DNA of 64,000 bases, from NCBI GenBank assembly GCA_951406725.2, contig OX597825.1:186001-250000 (forward strand), given 5' to 3'. This document shows positions 13,039 to 25,779 of the stretch, one piece after another. Numbering within the stretch: position 1 is the first letter of the stretch; the number at the start of each line of letters is the position of its first letter. Position numbers and translations under genes: made by a program. The stretch comes from Octopus vulgaris. Its lineage: Eukaryota. The notes under the pieces were generated by a model. The model saw only the letters and a program-made list of their open reading frames with translations. It was not told the DNA's origin and did not search any database.

Positions 13039-13442
13039 ACTCTCTTTTAACTCTTTTACCCTTTTACTTGTTTCAGTCATTTTGACTGTGGCCATGCTGG
13101 AGCACCGCCTTTAGTCGAGCAAATCAACCCCAGGACTTATTCTTTGTAAGCCTAGTACTTATTCTATTGGTCTCTTTTGCCGAACCGCTAAGTTACAGGG
13201 ACGTAAACACACCAGCATCGGTTGTCAAGCGATGTTGAGGGGACGAACACATACACACACACACATACATATGTATATACGACGGGCTTCTTTCAGTTTC
13301 CGTCTACCAAATCCACTCACAAGGCTTTGCTCGGCCCGAGACTATAGTAGAAGGCACTTGCCCAAGGTGCCACACAGTGGGACTGAACCCAGAACCATGT
13401 GGTTCGTAAGCAAGCTACTTACTACACAGCCACTCCTGCGCC
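13039..13442 (-). mobile_element. tRNA-derived SINE family A
   Basis: Head with A-box-like TGGCTGTGTAG and B-box-like GGTTCAGTCCC, internal CA/TA tract; copies at 25016 and 53607. Confidence 0.85.
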
Positions 13443-13612
13443 TTTTAAAAATACTTTTTATTATTACCCCCCACCCCCACCCAAAGATCTAAACTGCAAT
13501 TTAATTAAACTTAAATGTTCCTTATTTTCTTTTTATCAAATTTTTGTTTCATGTTAAATATCATTTTTGTTTTTCTATTTCTTTATTTTTCTGTTATATA
13601 TTTCCATTCCAG

Positions 13613-13723
13613 ATCCTTCAATAAAAGCAACATTTTCCAGGATCAAAACAAACCAATTTTAGTTCCAACAATCGTAGTCTTCAGCAAAGAAGGGAAATTA
13701 CTAAACCAATGGGGTAACAATAC
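13613..13723 (+). CDS. PAM: PAM exon (PAL) SFNKSNIFQDQNKPILVPTIVVFSKEGKLLNQWGNNT
   Basis: ttccattccag|A...AATAC|gtaagt, phase 2/2. Confidence 0.92.
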
Positions 13724-13770
13724 GTAAGTTATAATTCTCAGTATATTATTTTTATTGCCTTCAACAAATA

Positions 13771-14332
13771 ATCATCATCATCGTTTAACGTCCATTTTCC
13801 ATGCTAGCATGGGTTGGACGGTTCAACCGGGGTCTGGGAAGCCAGGAGGTTGCACCAGGCTCCAGTCTGATCTGGCAGTGTTTCTACAGCTAGATGCCCT
13901 TCCTAACGCCAACCACTCCGAGAGTGTAGTGGGTGCTTTTTATGTGCCACCGGTGCAGGTGCGAGGGGAGGCTGGCAACAGCCACGATCGGTTGGTGCTT
14001 TATACGTGCCACTGGCACGGAAGCCAGTCATGGTGGCGCTGGCATCGGCCACGTTCGGATGGTGCTTTTTACGAGCCACCAGCACAGGGATTACAACAAC
14101 AATTTCCATTGATTTTTGATGTTGATGTACTTGACTCAATAGGTCTCCGCAAGCATAGGGTCGAAACAGTGTTTCTTTACTTGCCACCTGCACTGGCAAC
14201 GGCCGGGTGCCAGTCATAGGATTTGGTTCAATTTCGATTTCACTTGCCCCAACAGGTCTTCGCAAGCAGAGTTTAGTGTCCAATGAAGGGAGGTTGGCAT
14301 GGCTGCCAGTCGTTGGATGTGGTTCGATTTCG
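13771..14332 (-). mobile_element. RTE family 1 3'UTR copy
   Basis: Family terminus 48 nt after the donor at 13723. Confidence 0.85.
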
Positions 14333-14680
14333 AGAGTATAAATTTAAATTACCAAAAATTCCTTAGCTTACTATATACACTCTGTTATAGTCCCTATATC
14401 TATCCAATAGCTCTTATCACTAATAATCAAAACAACTCCGCTTTTATATATACTTGTGGTCAATTCTAGCTGGAGCACCCAGTTTAAATCCCTTCAAATT
14501 CCTCCACAAAATCATGAAATTTCTAGACTACAATGCATTTTTCCCCCCAATTTTTCTCATCGGCTGACATTAATAAAAGGTCTTAATCCAAATCTGATAA
14601 AGAATAACAGACATCCAAGTTTGGATTACATTGTTTTTTCAACATCCACCTGCAATATAGAAACTAAAAAAAATCTTTTA

Positions 14681-17600
14681 TCATCATCGTTTAACATCTG
14701 CTTTCCATGTTGGCATGGGTTGGAGGGTTTGACTGAGGACTGGCAAACCACTGCATCAGGCCCCAGTTTGAACAGGCAAGGTTTCTACAGCTGGATGCCT
14801 TTCCTAATGCCAACTACTCTGAAAGTGTAGTAGGTGCTTTTTACATGCCACTGGCACTAGGGCCAGACAGCTGGCACTGGCAAAGGCAACTTGACTCACC
14901 AGGTCTTCTCAAGCACAATTTATTGTCCAATGATTGAAGGGTTCTCTTCAAATGAGCCAGTTATGCTACACTGGTATACGCCACAGTTATGGTCTCACTT
15001 GGTTTGCTGGGTCTTCTCAAGCAGAGCATATCTCCAAAGGCCTCAGTCACTTGTCATTGCCTCTGTGAGGCCTGACATTCGAAGATTGTGCTTCACCATT
15101 GCATCCCAGGTCTTCTGGGTCTACCTCTTCACTGTTAGGGTGTGACGCTTTTTCACACAGCTGCCCTCATCCATACACAACACATAATCATACCAGCACA
15201 GTTGTCTCTCTTGCACACCACATCTGATGCTTCTTCAGTCCAACGTTTCTCTCAGGGTGCTTACACTCTGACATTACACATCCAGCGGAGCATACTGGCT
15301 TCATTTCTTGCAAGCTTACGCATGTCCTCAGCAGTCACGACCCATGTTTCACTTCTATGTAGCATGGCTGTTCGTACACATGCGCCATACCGTCTACCTT
15401 TTACTCTGAGTGAACGGCCTTTTGTCACCAGCAGAGGTAGGAGCTCTCTGAACTTTGCCCAGCCTATTCTTATTCTATCAGCTACACTTTCAGCGCACCC
15501 TCCCCCGCTACTGACTTGGTCACGTAGGTAACGGAATCTGTCAACTACTTCTAGTTTTTCTCCCTGGAATGTGGCGGAAGTTGTTCTCTGCGCATTTTCA
15601 GTGTTTATTGCTCCTGAGCATCTGCCACATACAAAAACTATCTTCCCAGTTAGCCTTCCTTTGATATTGCTGCACCTCTTATGTGTCCATAGCTTACACA
15701 AGGTACATCTTATAGAGTTTCTACCTACGCCTTTTCTACAGATCAAGCAGGGCCATATACCTGAAGGGATTTGTGGTTTGCCTACCTTCCTACTTATTAG
15801 GACTTTGGTTTGCACACGTGTCATACAGTCTACTTTTCACTCTGAGTGAGAAGCCCTTTGTTACCAGCAGAGGTAGGGGCTCCCTGAACTTTGCTCATAT
15901 TCTTATTCTAGCAGCTACACTCTCAGAGCATCCACACCCACTACTGACTTGGTCACCTAGGTAACGGAAGCTATGGACTACTTCTAGTTTTTCTCCCTGA
16001 CATGTAACTAAAGCTGCATATTTTATTGCCCCTGTGGTAGCCTTCTTTGATATTACTATACCTCTTATGTGTCCCTAGTTTACACCAGGTACATCTTATA
16101 CCTTTTTTACAGATCAAGCAGGGATTTGTGATTTGCCTGCCTTCCTACTTATCAACACTTTGGTTTTTCATTGATAACCTCTAAGGCCCTTCGATTCTAG
16201 ACCTTGCTTTCACACTTGAAACTTCTCTAGTTCTGATAGTCTCAGCTATTAGAGCAAGTTCATCAACATAGAGGATCTCCCAGGGACACCCTGTCTTGAA
16301 TTTCTTTGTTATTGCCTGGAGGTCTATGATGAATAAGAGAGGCTGAGGACTGATCCTTGGTGAGCCCCTACTCCTACCTGGAATTTTTCACTAAACTCGT
16401 TGCCAACCCTCACCTTACTGTACTGACAGCATCCCTGTACATGGTTTGTACAGCTGTCACCAACCACTTATCTATCCCTAGTTACCGCATTGACCACCAG
16501 ATAAGAAGACTCGTGCCTACAAAACAAATCAATAGACAACATGCTACATATCAGAAATGCAGTGTATGGGCAGAATCATATGACCAGCGGACAAAAATGC
16601 CTGGAGATATATTTAACTATGGCCTTTTACAATGTGGTATCACTTCCAACTGAAGTCAGCCTTGCTTTCCATCCCCTAGGGATCTATAAAATAAAATACC
16701 TGTTAAGGATTGGGATCAGTTTTATTAACTTTAGCCTCTACCAAAATGTGTAACCCTTTTCCAATGTTAGAAATCAATGTCATGTAACATGGATTATAAA
16801 ATATTGATAATGAATTTGGCATCAAACATTTTAATCATGCCAATGGCATGTAAAATGCACCATCCATACATGGCCAATGCCAGCGCTGCCTTCACTGGCT
16901 TCCGTGCCGGTGGCACGTAAAAAGCACCAACCGATCCTGGCTGTTGCCAGCCTCCCCTGGCACCTGTGCTGGTGGCATGTAAAAAGCATCATCTGTACGT
17001 GGCCGATGCCTGCGCCACCTTGACTGGCTTCCATGCTGGTGGCCCGTAAAAAGCACCCACTACACTCACAGAGTGGTTGATGTTAGGAAGGGCATCCAGC
17101 TGTAGAAACACTGCCAGATCTGACTGGAGCCTGGTGAAACCTCTTGTCTTCCCAGACCCCAGTCGAACTGTCCAACCCATGCAAGCACAGAAAACGGACA
17201 TTAAACGATGATGATGGCCACCAGGTAAGGGACCGGGGGACCATGTCAAAGGCTTTCTCCATGTCAACGAAAGCCAAGTACAGTGCTTTATCTTAGCCTG
17301 GGCAAAGTTCAGAGAGCTCTTACCTCTGCTGGTGACAAAAGGCCTCTCGCTCAGAGTAAAAGGCAGACTGTATGATGCATGTGTACAAACAGCCATGCTA
17401 CATGGCAGTGAAACATGGGCCGTGACTGCTGAGGACATGCGTAAGCTCGCAAGGGATGAAGCCAGTATGCTCCGCTGGATGTGTAATGTCAGTGTTCATA
17501 CTCGACAGAATGTAAGTACCTTGAGAGAAAAGTTGGACCTAAGAAGCATCAGATGTGGTGTGCAAGAGAGATGACTGCACTGGTATGGTCATGTGTCGAG

Positions 17601-19840
17601 AATGGATGAGGATAGCTGTGTGAAAAAGTGCCATACCCTAGCGGTTGAGGGAACCTGTGGAAGAGGTAGACCCAGGAAAACCTGGGACGAGGTGGTGAAG
17701 CACGACCTTCGAACATTAGGTCTCACCGAGCCAATGACTAGTGACCAAGACTTTTGAAAATATGCTGTGCGTGAGAAGACCCGGCAGGACAAGTGATACC
17801 ATAACCCGTGGCCTTTACCTGGGATGTAGCCAGTCCACTTATGCATACTTTTTCTTCTTTGGACACAAAACTCTGGTTGCAAAGAACTGTTGAGGCAAGT
17901 GAAATCGAAATCGATCAAAAAATCAATGGAAATTGTAGTTGTGATACCAGTGCCGGTGGCACGTAAAAAGCACCCACTACACTCACAGAGTGGTTGGCGT
18001 TAGGTAGGGCATCCAGCTGTAGAAACACTGCCAGATAAGACTGGAGCCTGGTGCAGCCTCCTGGCTTCCCAGACCCTGGTCGAACCATCCAACCCATGCT
18101 AGCATGGAAAACGGATGTTAAACGATGATGATCTACTGTCAATTTGAATAGCTGGTCTCTCTGTTGGGTTGACATTTGGCAGACTCACTTTTTCCCATTC
18201 ATTCTCTTCATTTAGCAACCTTTCATAATGGTGTCTCCAAGTCTCTCTCTCTTTGCAGCATCATTAAATACAAGTGAGCCATCATCCATACAGACACATT
18301 TCTCTCTCCTTTGTCATCCCGATTATCTTTCACACACTGTCTTGCAAAACAAAACACTTCAAGTCTTTGGTCCTCATAACACAGAACATGGGCAATTTTT
18401 TTCTTATCTCTCTGGCTAAGTAAACCTGTCTCCTAGCTACCCTTTTGGCAATCTGATACAATTCTCTGCTACCACCATTCTTCCATGCCTGTTTCTTTTC
18501 CTTATTGGCTCTATCAGCTACATTGTTCCACCACCATGATACCTTAAGTCAGGAGGGGATTTTGCACCAGCCACAGATCTAGTCGGTAGCCCTCAGTATG
18601 TTGTTGGAACCTCCAGTTGTCTTTCACATTATGTGATGCTATATCCTCCTCTCTTTTGCCAAAAGCTTCAGGTAATACGTCTCTAAATCTCTGTCCATTT
18701 GCAGGATCCTTAAGTTTCCAGACCCTTCTTTTTTATGCTTGTTATCTTCTGAACGGCCATTTAGCCCTGATCCTGAAGTCACTAACTACTAACCTATGTT
18801 GTGGGTTGCATTCTTCACCTGGGAAGGTTTTGACATTTATGATTAGCCATCTTTCCTGTTTCCTGGTGAGGATATAGTCAATCTAACTAGTATGTCCACC
18901 AGACCGGTAAGTGAATAGGTGACTGGCAGGTTTACTGAAGTTAGTATTACAAACTACAAAATCATTTGCATCACAGAACTCCAGCAGCCTGGTTCCCTCC
19001 TCATTGCAGGAACCAAAACCATAGCCACCATGTACACCATGGAAGTCCGCTGCATGTTGTTCAACATGCCCATTGAAGTTGCCAACCACAAAGAGAAGGT
19101 CCTTGCCATTCATCAATGAGGTAGTCTGCAAGAGGATGTCATAAAATCGGTATTTCCGATAATGAGGTAGCCCTGACTGAGGGGCATAAGCTGAGATAAT
19201 GGTTGCTAATCCATGTTGCAGCACTAATCTAAGCTTAAGTATTCTATCACAGACTCTGACTATCTCAATTAACCCATTTCTCCACAAGAAGTATACCTGC
19301 GCTCCTGACCCCATCAGTGTTCCATCATCATCATCATCATCATTTAACATCCGCTTTCCATGCTAGCGTAGGTTGGACAAATGACTGAGGGCTGGAAAAT
19401 CAGATGGCTGCACCAGGCTTCAATCTTGATCTGGCAGAGTTTCTACAGCTTGATGCCCTTCCTAACGCCAACCACTCCAAGAGTGTAGTGGGTGCTTTTA
19501 CGTGCCAGTCAGGTGGTACTGGCAACGATATCACTTGAATCTTTTACACATGCCACCGGCACAGGTGCCAGTAAGGTGATGCTGGTAACGATCACGCTCA
19601 AATGGTGTCTTTTCGTGCCACCGGCACGGAGGCCAGATAGCTGCTCTGGCAACGATCATGCTTGGATGGTGCTCTTAATACCCTACTTGCACAGGGCTCG
19701 AGTGCCAGTAAGGCGACGCTGAGAAAATCTTTTACCTATGTTCTTTTCCTGTGAGGAACCTAGCAGAATTTCCTCTCCACCTTACTTCTTAGATGCAGCA
19801 CAAATCTACATGTCTCTGTTCAAGCATCTCAACAATGTCT
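14681..19840 (-). mobile_element. decayed near-full-length RTE family 1 LINE(s) with nested insertions (APE endonuclease and RT remnants)
   Basis: APE remnants at 19740..19840 (VDLCCI*EVRWRG) and 18883..19260 (ISAYAPQ, GNFNGHV, GTRLLEFC, FTYRSG); RT pieces at 17216..17285 and 15261..16505; nested copies at 16831..17215, 17293..18131 and 19323..19722. Confidence 0.85.
17293..18131 (+). mobile_element. RTE family 1 3' fragment (sense orientation)
   Basis: ORF C-terminus (GSETW, RGRPRKTW), 3'UTR and (GAT)n. Confidence 0.88.
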
Positions 19841-20357
19841 TATTTAGAGTTATAAGACATCTGGAGTTGGCAATGTTCATTAATTAGAGCTATGATAAGC
19901 AGTGTTCCAGCCTAACTGTATTAATGTTTATCTAGGACTACATTGTCCATAGTATACTCGGAACCATCTTAGTAACATTGTATGTCCCCAGGAAATTCAA
20001 TGTATTGGGCCCTATAATATATATTTACTGACTGTAAACCACAACATACAATGATCAGAATTGGGGCCACTAGAGGCCCCCAGCAACTGCATGTGCCTTA
20101 AGACAGCACTGTGTATACTTCTATTTTTAAGACTTCAGGAAGTAATTTTAGAGAAATTTGGCTGCTATTTTGGCAGGTGTAGTAACTTTCAAGTAACCAC
20201 GTAGAAACACCCCTTCTTTTCCATATTCACTGTATAAACACATGATCTATGATCTGATACCCATATCCCTTTATTATTCAACTTTTGACCGCTACATGTA
20301 ATTTACCAAAATTCATACAGAGCTTTACACAGCTAAGTTTCAAAATAAGCTTTTTGT

Positions 20358-20563
20358 CTGGCAGAAACGTTAGCACGCCGGGAGTAATGCAGAGCGTAAT
20401 TTCGTCTGCCGTTACATTCTGAGTTCAACTTTGCCTTTCATCCTTTCGGGGTCGATAAATTAAGTACCAGTTTCGCACTGGGGTCGATGTAACTGACTTA
20501 ATCCGTTTGTCTGTCCTTGTTTCTCCCATCTATGTTTAGCCCCTTGTGGGTAGTAAAGAAATA
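20358..20563 (+). mobile_element. SINE family C (Meta-domain-like; family name tentative)
   Basis: tttgcctttcatcctttcggggtcgataaattaagtaccag core; tandem copies at 49088..49620. Confidence 0.7.
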
Positions 20564-20653
20564 TATCTTTCACCCAGCTCATTCTGTTCCCATGAATAAT
20601 AATTGGAGCAAGCTCTATTTACAGAAATACTTCTCTGATTTCTTCTCTTGCAG

Positions 20654-20726
20654 GTTTTTTATGCCCCATGGAATAACAGTTGATAAAAATGGCTCTGTTT
20701 GGTTGACTGATGTTGCTTTACACCAG
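20654..20726 (+). CDS. PAM: PAM exon (PAL) FFMPHGITVDKNGSVWLTDVALHQ
   Basis: ttgcag|G...CACCAG|gtaaat, phase 2/0; MPHG Zn-ligand His and WLTDVALHQ. Confidence 0.95.
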
Positions 20727-20774
20727 GTAAATATTAAGCTCATTCATTATCATTATCATCATTTAATGTCCATT

Positions 20775-22158
20775 GCAGGACGGCCTGCTGCGCTTGAGGA
20801 GAACTATTGTGTCAAGTTCATCAACATCAAAATAAAAATCATATGGATATTGTAGTTGTGATACCCGTGCCGGTGGCACATAGGGCCTCATAGAGGAAAT
20901 GACGAAGACTGAGACACCTGAGATATGCTATGACTGTGAAGACCCGACAAATGAAGTGAGTTCATGGCTCCCAGGACGGCCTGCTGTGCTAACCTTGGAT
21001 CGTAGAGTGACCCGCTGTTCTCGAGGGGACCTATTGAGTCAAGTATGTCAACATCAAAATAAAAATCAAATGGAAATTGTAGCTAAGACACCCATGCCAG
21101 TGACATGTAAAAAGCACCGTCCGAACGTGTCTGATGCCAGTGCCGCCTGACTGGCGTCCGTGTCGGTGACATGTAAAAGCACCAACCGATCGTGGCCATT
21201 TGCCAGCCTCCAGTGGCCCCATGCTGGTGGCCTGTAAAAAGCACCCACTACACTCACAGAGTGGTTGGCGTTAGAAAGGCATCCAGCTGTAGAAACACTG
21301 CCAAACCAAACTGGAGCCTGGTGCAGCCTCCTGGCTTCCCAGACCCCAGTCAAACCGTCCAACCCGTGCTAGCATGGAACACGGACGTTAAACGATGATG
21401 ATGATCATCGTGATGTCCATGCTGGCATAGGTAACCTGGAAGGTTGCACCAGTCTCCACTCTGATTTGGCATGGTTTTCTACAGCTGGATGCCCTTCCTA
21501 ATGCCAACCTCTCCGAGAGTGTAATGGGTGCTTTCTACGTGCCACTGGCACGACACCAGTATCTGGCATAACTGTGATTTTGCTCAGCTTGATGGGTCTT
21601 CTCAAGCTTGACATAATTCCAAATGTCTTGGTCATTGCCTCTGTGAGGCCCAACACTCGATGGTTTGATAATTAAATATAATACCTTAATCAAATCTGAG
21701 TAATAGAATAAATAAATCAGAGTGGAGACATATTTCTTCAGATTTATTTTAACAAAGAAGAATATAGGTGCATGAATAGTTGTCATCATCATCATCGTTT
21801 AACATCCGCTTTCCATGCTAGCATGGGTTGGACGATTTGACTGAGGTCTGGCGAACCAGATGGCTGCACCAGACTCCAATCTGATCTGGCAGAGTTTCTA
21901 CAGCTGGATGCCCTTCCTAACGCCAACCACTCCGAGGGTGTAATGGGTGCTTTTTATGTGCCACCGGCACGAGGGCCACTAAGGTGACTTTGGTAACGAT
22001 CACGCTCAAATGGTGCCCTTTTACGTGCCACCAGCACGGAAGCCAGTTGGCTGCTCTGGCAACGATCACGCTCGGATGGTGCTCTTGGCATCCTACTAGC
22101 ACGGGCACAAGTGCCAGTAAGGCGACGCTGGTAACGATCACACTCGAATGGTGCCCTT
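20775..22158. mobile_element. RTE family 1 3' copies: + 20775..21403, - 21404..21660, - 21783..22158
   Basis: gatgatgat|catcg tail-to-tail junction near 21404. Confidence 0.8.
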
Positions 22159-22450
22159 TTATTATTATTAAGTAATCCAAGAGATTTATCTCCCTTGCTT
22201 AATACCACTGAATCTTTTTTGAACACCTGACCATTTGCTTTTCCTAGAATGGTATTCTTTTATTCTGTTACTTGTTTCAGTCATTTGACTGTGGCTAACA
22301 AACTAGAATGGAAGAGCATCAAATATTAATAAACTACTGACATTAAATAACAATACTTTGTGTTAATATTTTTGCAGTTTTCCTTTCATGCAGAAACTCT
22401 TTCTAGTTTAACTAGTTTTAATTTTCAATGGAACTTTTTTTCACTTTGAG

Positions 22451-22590
22451 GTTTTCCGTTTCTCTGCTGGAGAGAGAAAGCTTGACTTAGAATTAGGAGA
22501 ACGCTTCCGTCCTGGTAATGATAAACAGCATTTCTGTCAACCCTCAAGTGTTGCTGTTATGTCTGATGGTCAGTTCTTTGTAGCAGATGG
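22451..22590 (+). CDS. PAM: PAM exon (PAL) VFRFSAGERKLDLELGERFRPGNDKQHFCQPSSVAVMSDGQFFVADG
   Basis: cactttgag|GTT...GATGG|gtaagt, phase 0/2; PG.D..HFCQP and FVADG motifs. Confidence 0.92.
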
Positions 22591-22675
22591 GTAAGTTTTT
22601 CTCTGCATCATTTCTCTTCACGTATTTGTCATCTTGTGTTTCTTTTGAAGTATTAGATACAGTTGTGAACAATTT

Positions 22676-23210
22676 CATTCATTGTTCGACCGTGGTCGAT
22701 ATAATGGAGTTTACTATGTTACGCCAGACTTCATGGTCCATCATAGCATTACGGAGGTTCTGTTGCTGGATGCCTGTATCCCAGGAGGTTACATCAGGGT
22801 AGGAGCAGATGGCTTCCAGGGGAGAAGAGTAGAAATTACCTTGTTTTCAGCTCTACAGCAATGTCCAGCAAACTGGACTCTTCTACCTTTCACAAGAGAT
22901 GATACAGGTAATAATTTCCCATATATTTGTACTTTGGTTGGATGATGCTTCCACGAGAGATTTTGAGCTCTAATAATGAGTGTAAGTTCCATCCAACTGC
23001 CTTTCAAGCTTCTTTGATAACGTCCAGGTTTCTGAGCCATTTAGTAGAATTGGTTCGTCTGTGGCTTTCAGTATGTAAACAAGTGCCTGTCCAACAGATT
23101 TGATGACCAGATCTTATGCATATCATTACAGGCTGACCAGGCCATACACTTTCCAGTTAGAAAATCTTTTTCAGATGATGATATGTATGACCCAAGATAT
23201 TTGTGAACAA
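22676..23210 (-). mobile_element. RTE family 2 3' fragment
   Basis: Reverse-complement homolog of 11156..11580. Confidence 0.85.
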
Positions 23211-23450
23211 TAGCCTTTACTGAATGCATTGTTCTGAGAGAGGAATTGACCTTTCATCTTTCTTGATGGGGAGGAAGAAAAATAAACCTCTGATAACAAA
23301 CATCCATAGCCACTCAGGAAATGAGGGATCTTGTAATTGAGGGAATATGTTGAAGATGCTTCTGTAAGTGTGGGGAAGTGGCAATAACACAGTGTCAAAA
23401 TCTTAATTTTACAACACACTTATATACACTATGGAATTTGTTAGCATTAA

Positions 23451-23672
23451 CCCTTTTGATACCAACCCGGCTAAAACCGCCTCAGGCTCTGAGTACAAAT
23501 GTCTTGTTTTCATAAGTTTAGAATTAAAATCTTCCACCAAACCTTAGTCACAACTTATGTTGCTAACACTAGCTGAATGATAACTAAGTTATTTTACTAA
23601 ATTCTTTGTTAAAATTTAAAATTAATTGAAAGAAACACAGAGCATCTTAACAGAAATACAGTAACGAAAGGG
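23451..23672. mobile_element. piggyBac-type MITE
   Basis: TTAA|CCCTTT...AAAGGG|TTAA; copies at 41464 and 44120. Confidence 0.82.
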
Positions 23673-23740
23673 TTAAACAAGTTACTGTAATATTTGTTAG
23701 TTATACAGCATAGGAGTTGTTGGTCTTTTGACCGGTAGCT

Positions 23741-24655
23741 TCATCATCAGCATCACTGTTTAACATCCGCTTTCCATGCTAGCATGGGTTGGACAATTTG
23801 ACTGAGGTCTGGCGAACCAGATGGCTGCACCAGACTCCAATCTGATCTGGCAGAGTTTCTACAGTTGGATGCCCTTCCTAACGCCAACCACTCTGAGAGT
23901 GTAGTAGGTGCTTTTACATGCCACCGGCACGAGGGCCAGTCAGGCGGTACTGGCAACGGCCACGCTCAAATGGTGCTTTTCATGTGCCACCTGCACAGGA
24001 GCCAGTCCAGTGGCACTAGCAATGATCTAGCTTAGTATTATAAAAAATTTGGTCATGTTTGATTCTCTGTCGTTGTCTACAGAGCCTGTTCATTTGATTC
24101 TACTCTTGGATTTTATGCTTATTCAGAGAAGGTGGAAGGAGACTACTTTCGAACATTTTGTACAAATCCTTTCCTAGAATATCTGGTATACAGACTTTGT
24201 TTGCTGCACCATCAGACATTGTCTTTAACGACAATAACATATTGTAACGCATTCCACACAAAGTAGTTGGTTGTGCTACTTCTAGACTTGCAGCACTAGG
24301 ACACAGTATACCAAATTATTATTTGACTGGCTTCCGTGCCAGTGGCACATAAAAGGGCACCATTTGAGCATGATCGTTACCAACATCACCTTACTGGCAC
24401 GTGTGCTGGTGGCATGTGTAAAAAGATTCGAGCGAGGTCATTGCCAGTAGCGCATGACTGGACCCCATGCCGGTGGCATGTAAAAAGCACCCACTACACT
24501 CTCGGAGTGGTTGGCATTAGGAAGGGCATCCAGCTGTAGAAACACTGCCAGATCAGACTGGAGCCTTGTGCAGCCATCTGGCTTCCCAGACCCCGGTCAA
24601 ACTGTCCAACCCATGCTAGATGGAAAACGGACGTTAAATGATGATGATGATGATG
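23741..24655. mobile_element. inverted pair of RTE family 1 3'UTRs (- 23741..24032, + 24324..24655)
   Basis: Family terminus in opposite orientations. Confidence 0.8.
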
Positions 24656-25015
24656 AATGAGTACATAAAGTGAAGAAGATGAATCGAGATAAAGAAAAGA
24701 TGACAATTAAAACAAAATATCAAAAATACTTTTTTTTTTTCATTATATAGTGATCGGAGGAAGGGTGGAAGTATCTTCTGAGCTGGCCAGAATTGTTGGA
24801 AAGAATGAACTCTGCTAAAGGCACCTAAGAGTGTGATACACATTATAGAATTATGGTGAAGTTGTTTGTCATAGTTACCGACTGTGAGACTCTTGATTGT
24901 GAGGTTATGGGTTCAATTGCCAATACGGGAGGTGTATTGTGTCATTCGGCTGGTAAAAATTTGTATTAAAGACAAACAGAATACCTAGTCAGTGTCAAGT
25001 TAGTGATGAAGTGTA

Positions 25016-25421
25016 GGCATAGGAGTGGCTTTGTGGTAAGTAGGTTGCTCACCAACCACATGGTTCCGTGTTCAGTCCCACTGCGTGGCACCTTGGGCAA
25101 GTGTCTTCTACTATAGCCTCGGGCCGACCAAAGCCTTGTGAGTGGATTTGGTAGATGGAAACTGAAAGAAGCCTGTCATGTATACGTATTTATGTATATA
25201 TATGTGTTTGTGTGTATGTTTGTGTGTCTGTGTTTGTCCCTCCAACATCGCTTGACAACCGATGTTAGCGTGTTTAGGTCCCTGTAATTTAGCAGTTTGG
25301 CAAAAGAGACCGATAGAATAAGTACTAGGCTTACAAAGAATAAGTCCTGGGGTTGATTTGCTCGAGTAAAGGCAGTGCTCCAGCATGGCCACAGTCAAAT
25401 GACTGAAACAAGTAAAAGAGT
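25016..25421 (+). mobile_element. tRNA-derived SINE family A
   Basis: Homolog of 13039..13442. Confidence 0.85.
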
Positions 25422-25572
25422 AAATTAACTGTACTGCCAAAATCCTACTTATATTCTGTGGGATGTGTCCAATAGCAGTCTTTTATATCCGATCTTTAGC
25501 CCTATCCCCACCTCTGTTTAAATTTTTCATCACAATCACTATGTGAAACGATTAATTTTTCTGTTTTTACAG

Positions 25573-25655
25573 CTATTGCAATTCAAGAATAATGAAATTC
25601 TCAAAAGAAGGTATGTTCCTTGATGAGTGGGGTCACAGTGATTCAGCTCTACAAT
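25573..25655 (+). CDS. PAM: PAM exon (PAL) YCNSRIMKFSKEGMFLDEWGHSDSALQ
   Basis: tttttacag|C TAT TGC...CAA T|gtgagt, phase 2/1; catalytic Tyr of DGYCNSRI. Confidence 0.92.
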
Positions 25656-25779
25656 GTGAGTATTAAATATTATATCCAGCCCCTGTTTACAAATGACCGC
25701 TGTAGTTTGTCTTGAAATTCAACTCTTTTTATGCCTACTTTTCTTAACTGCAATTATTTCTGAGTTTGAGCAAATTTCT

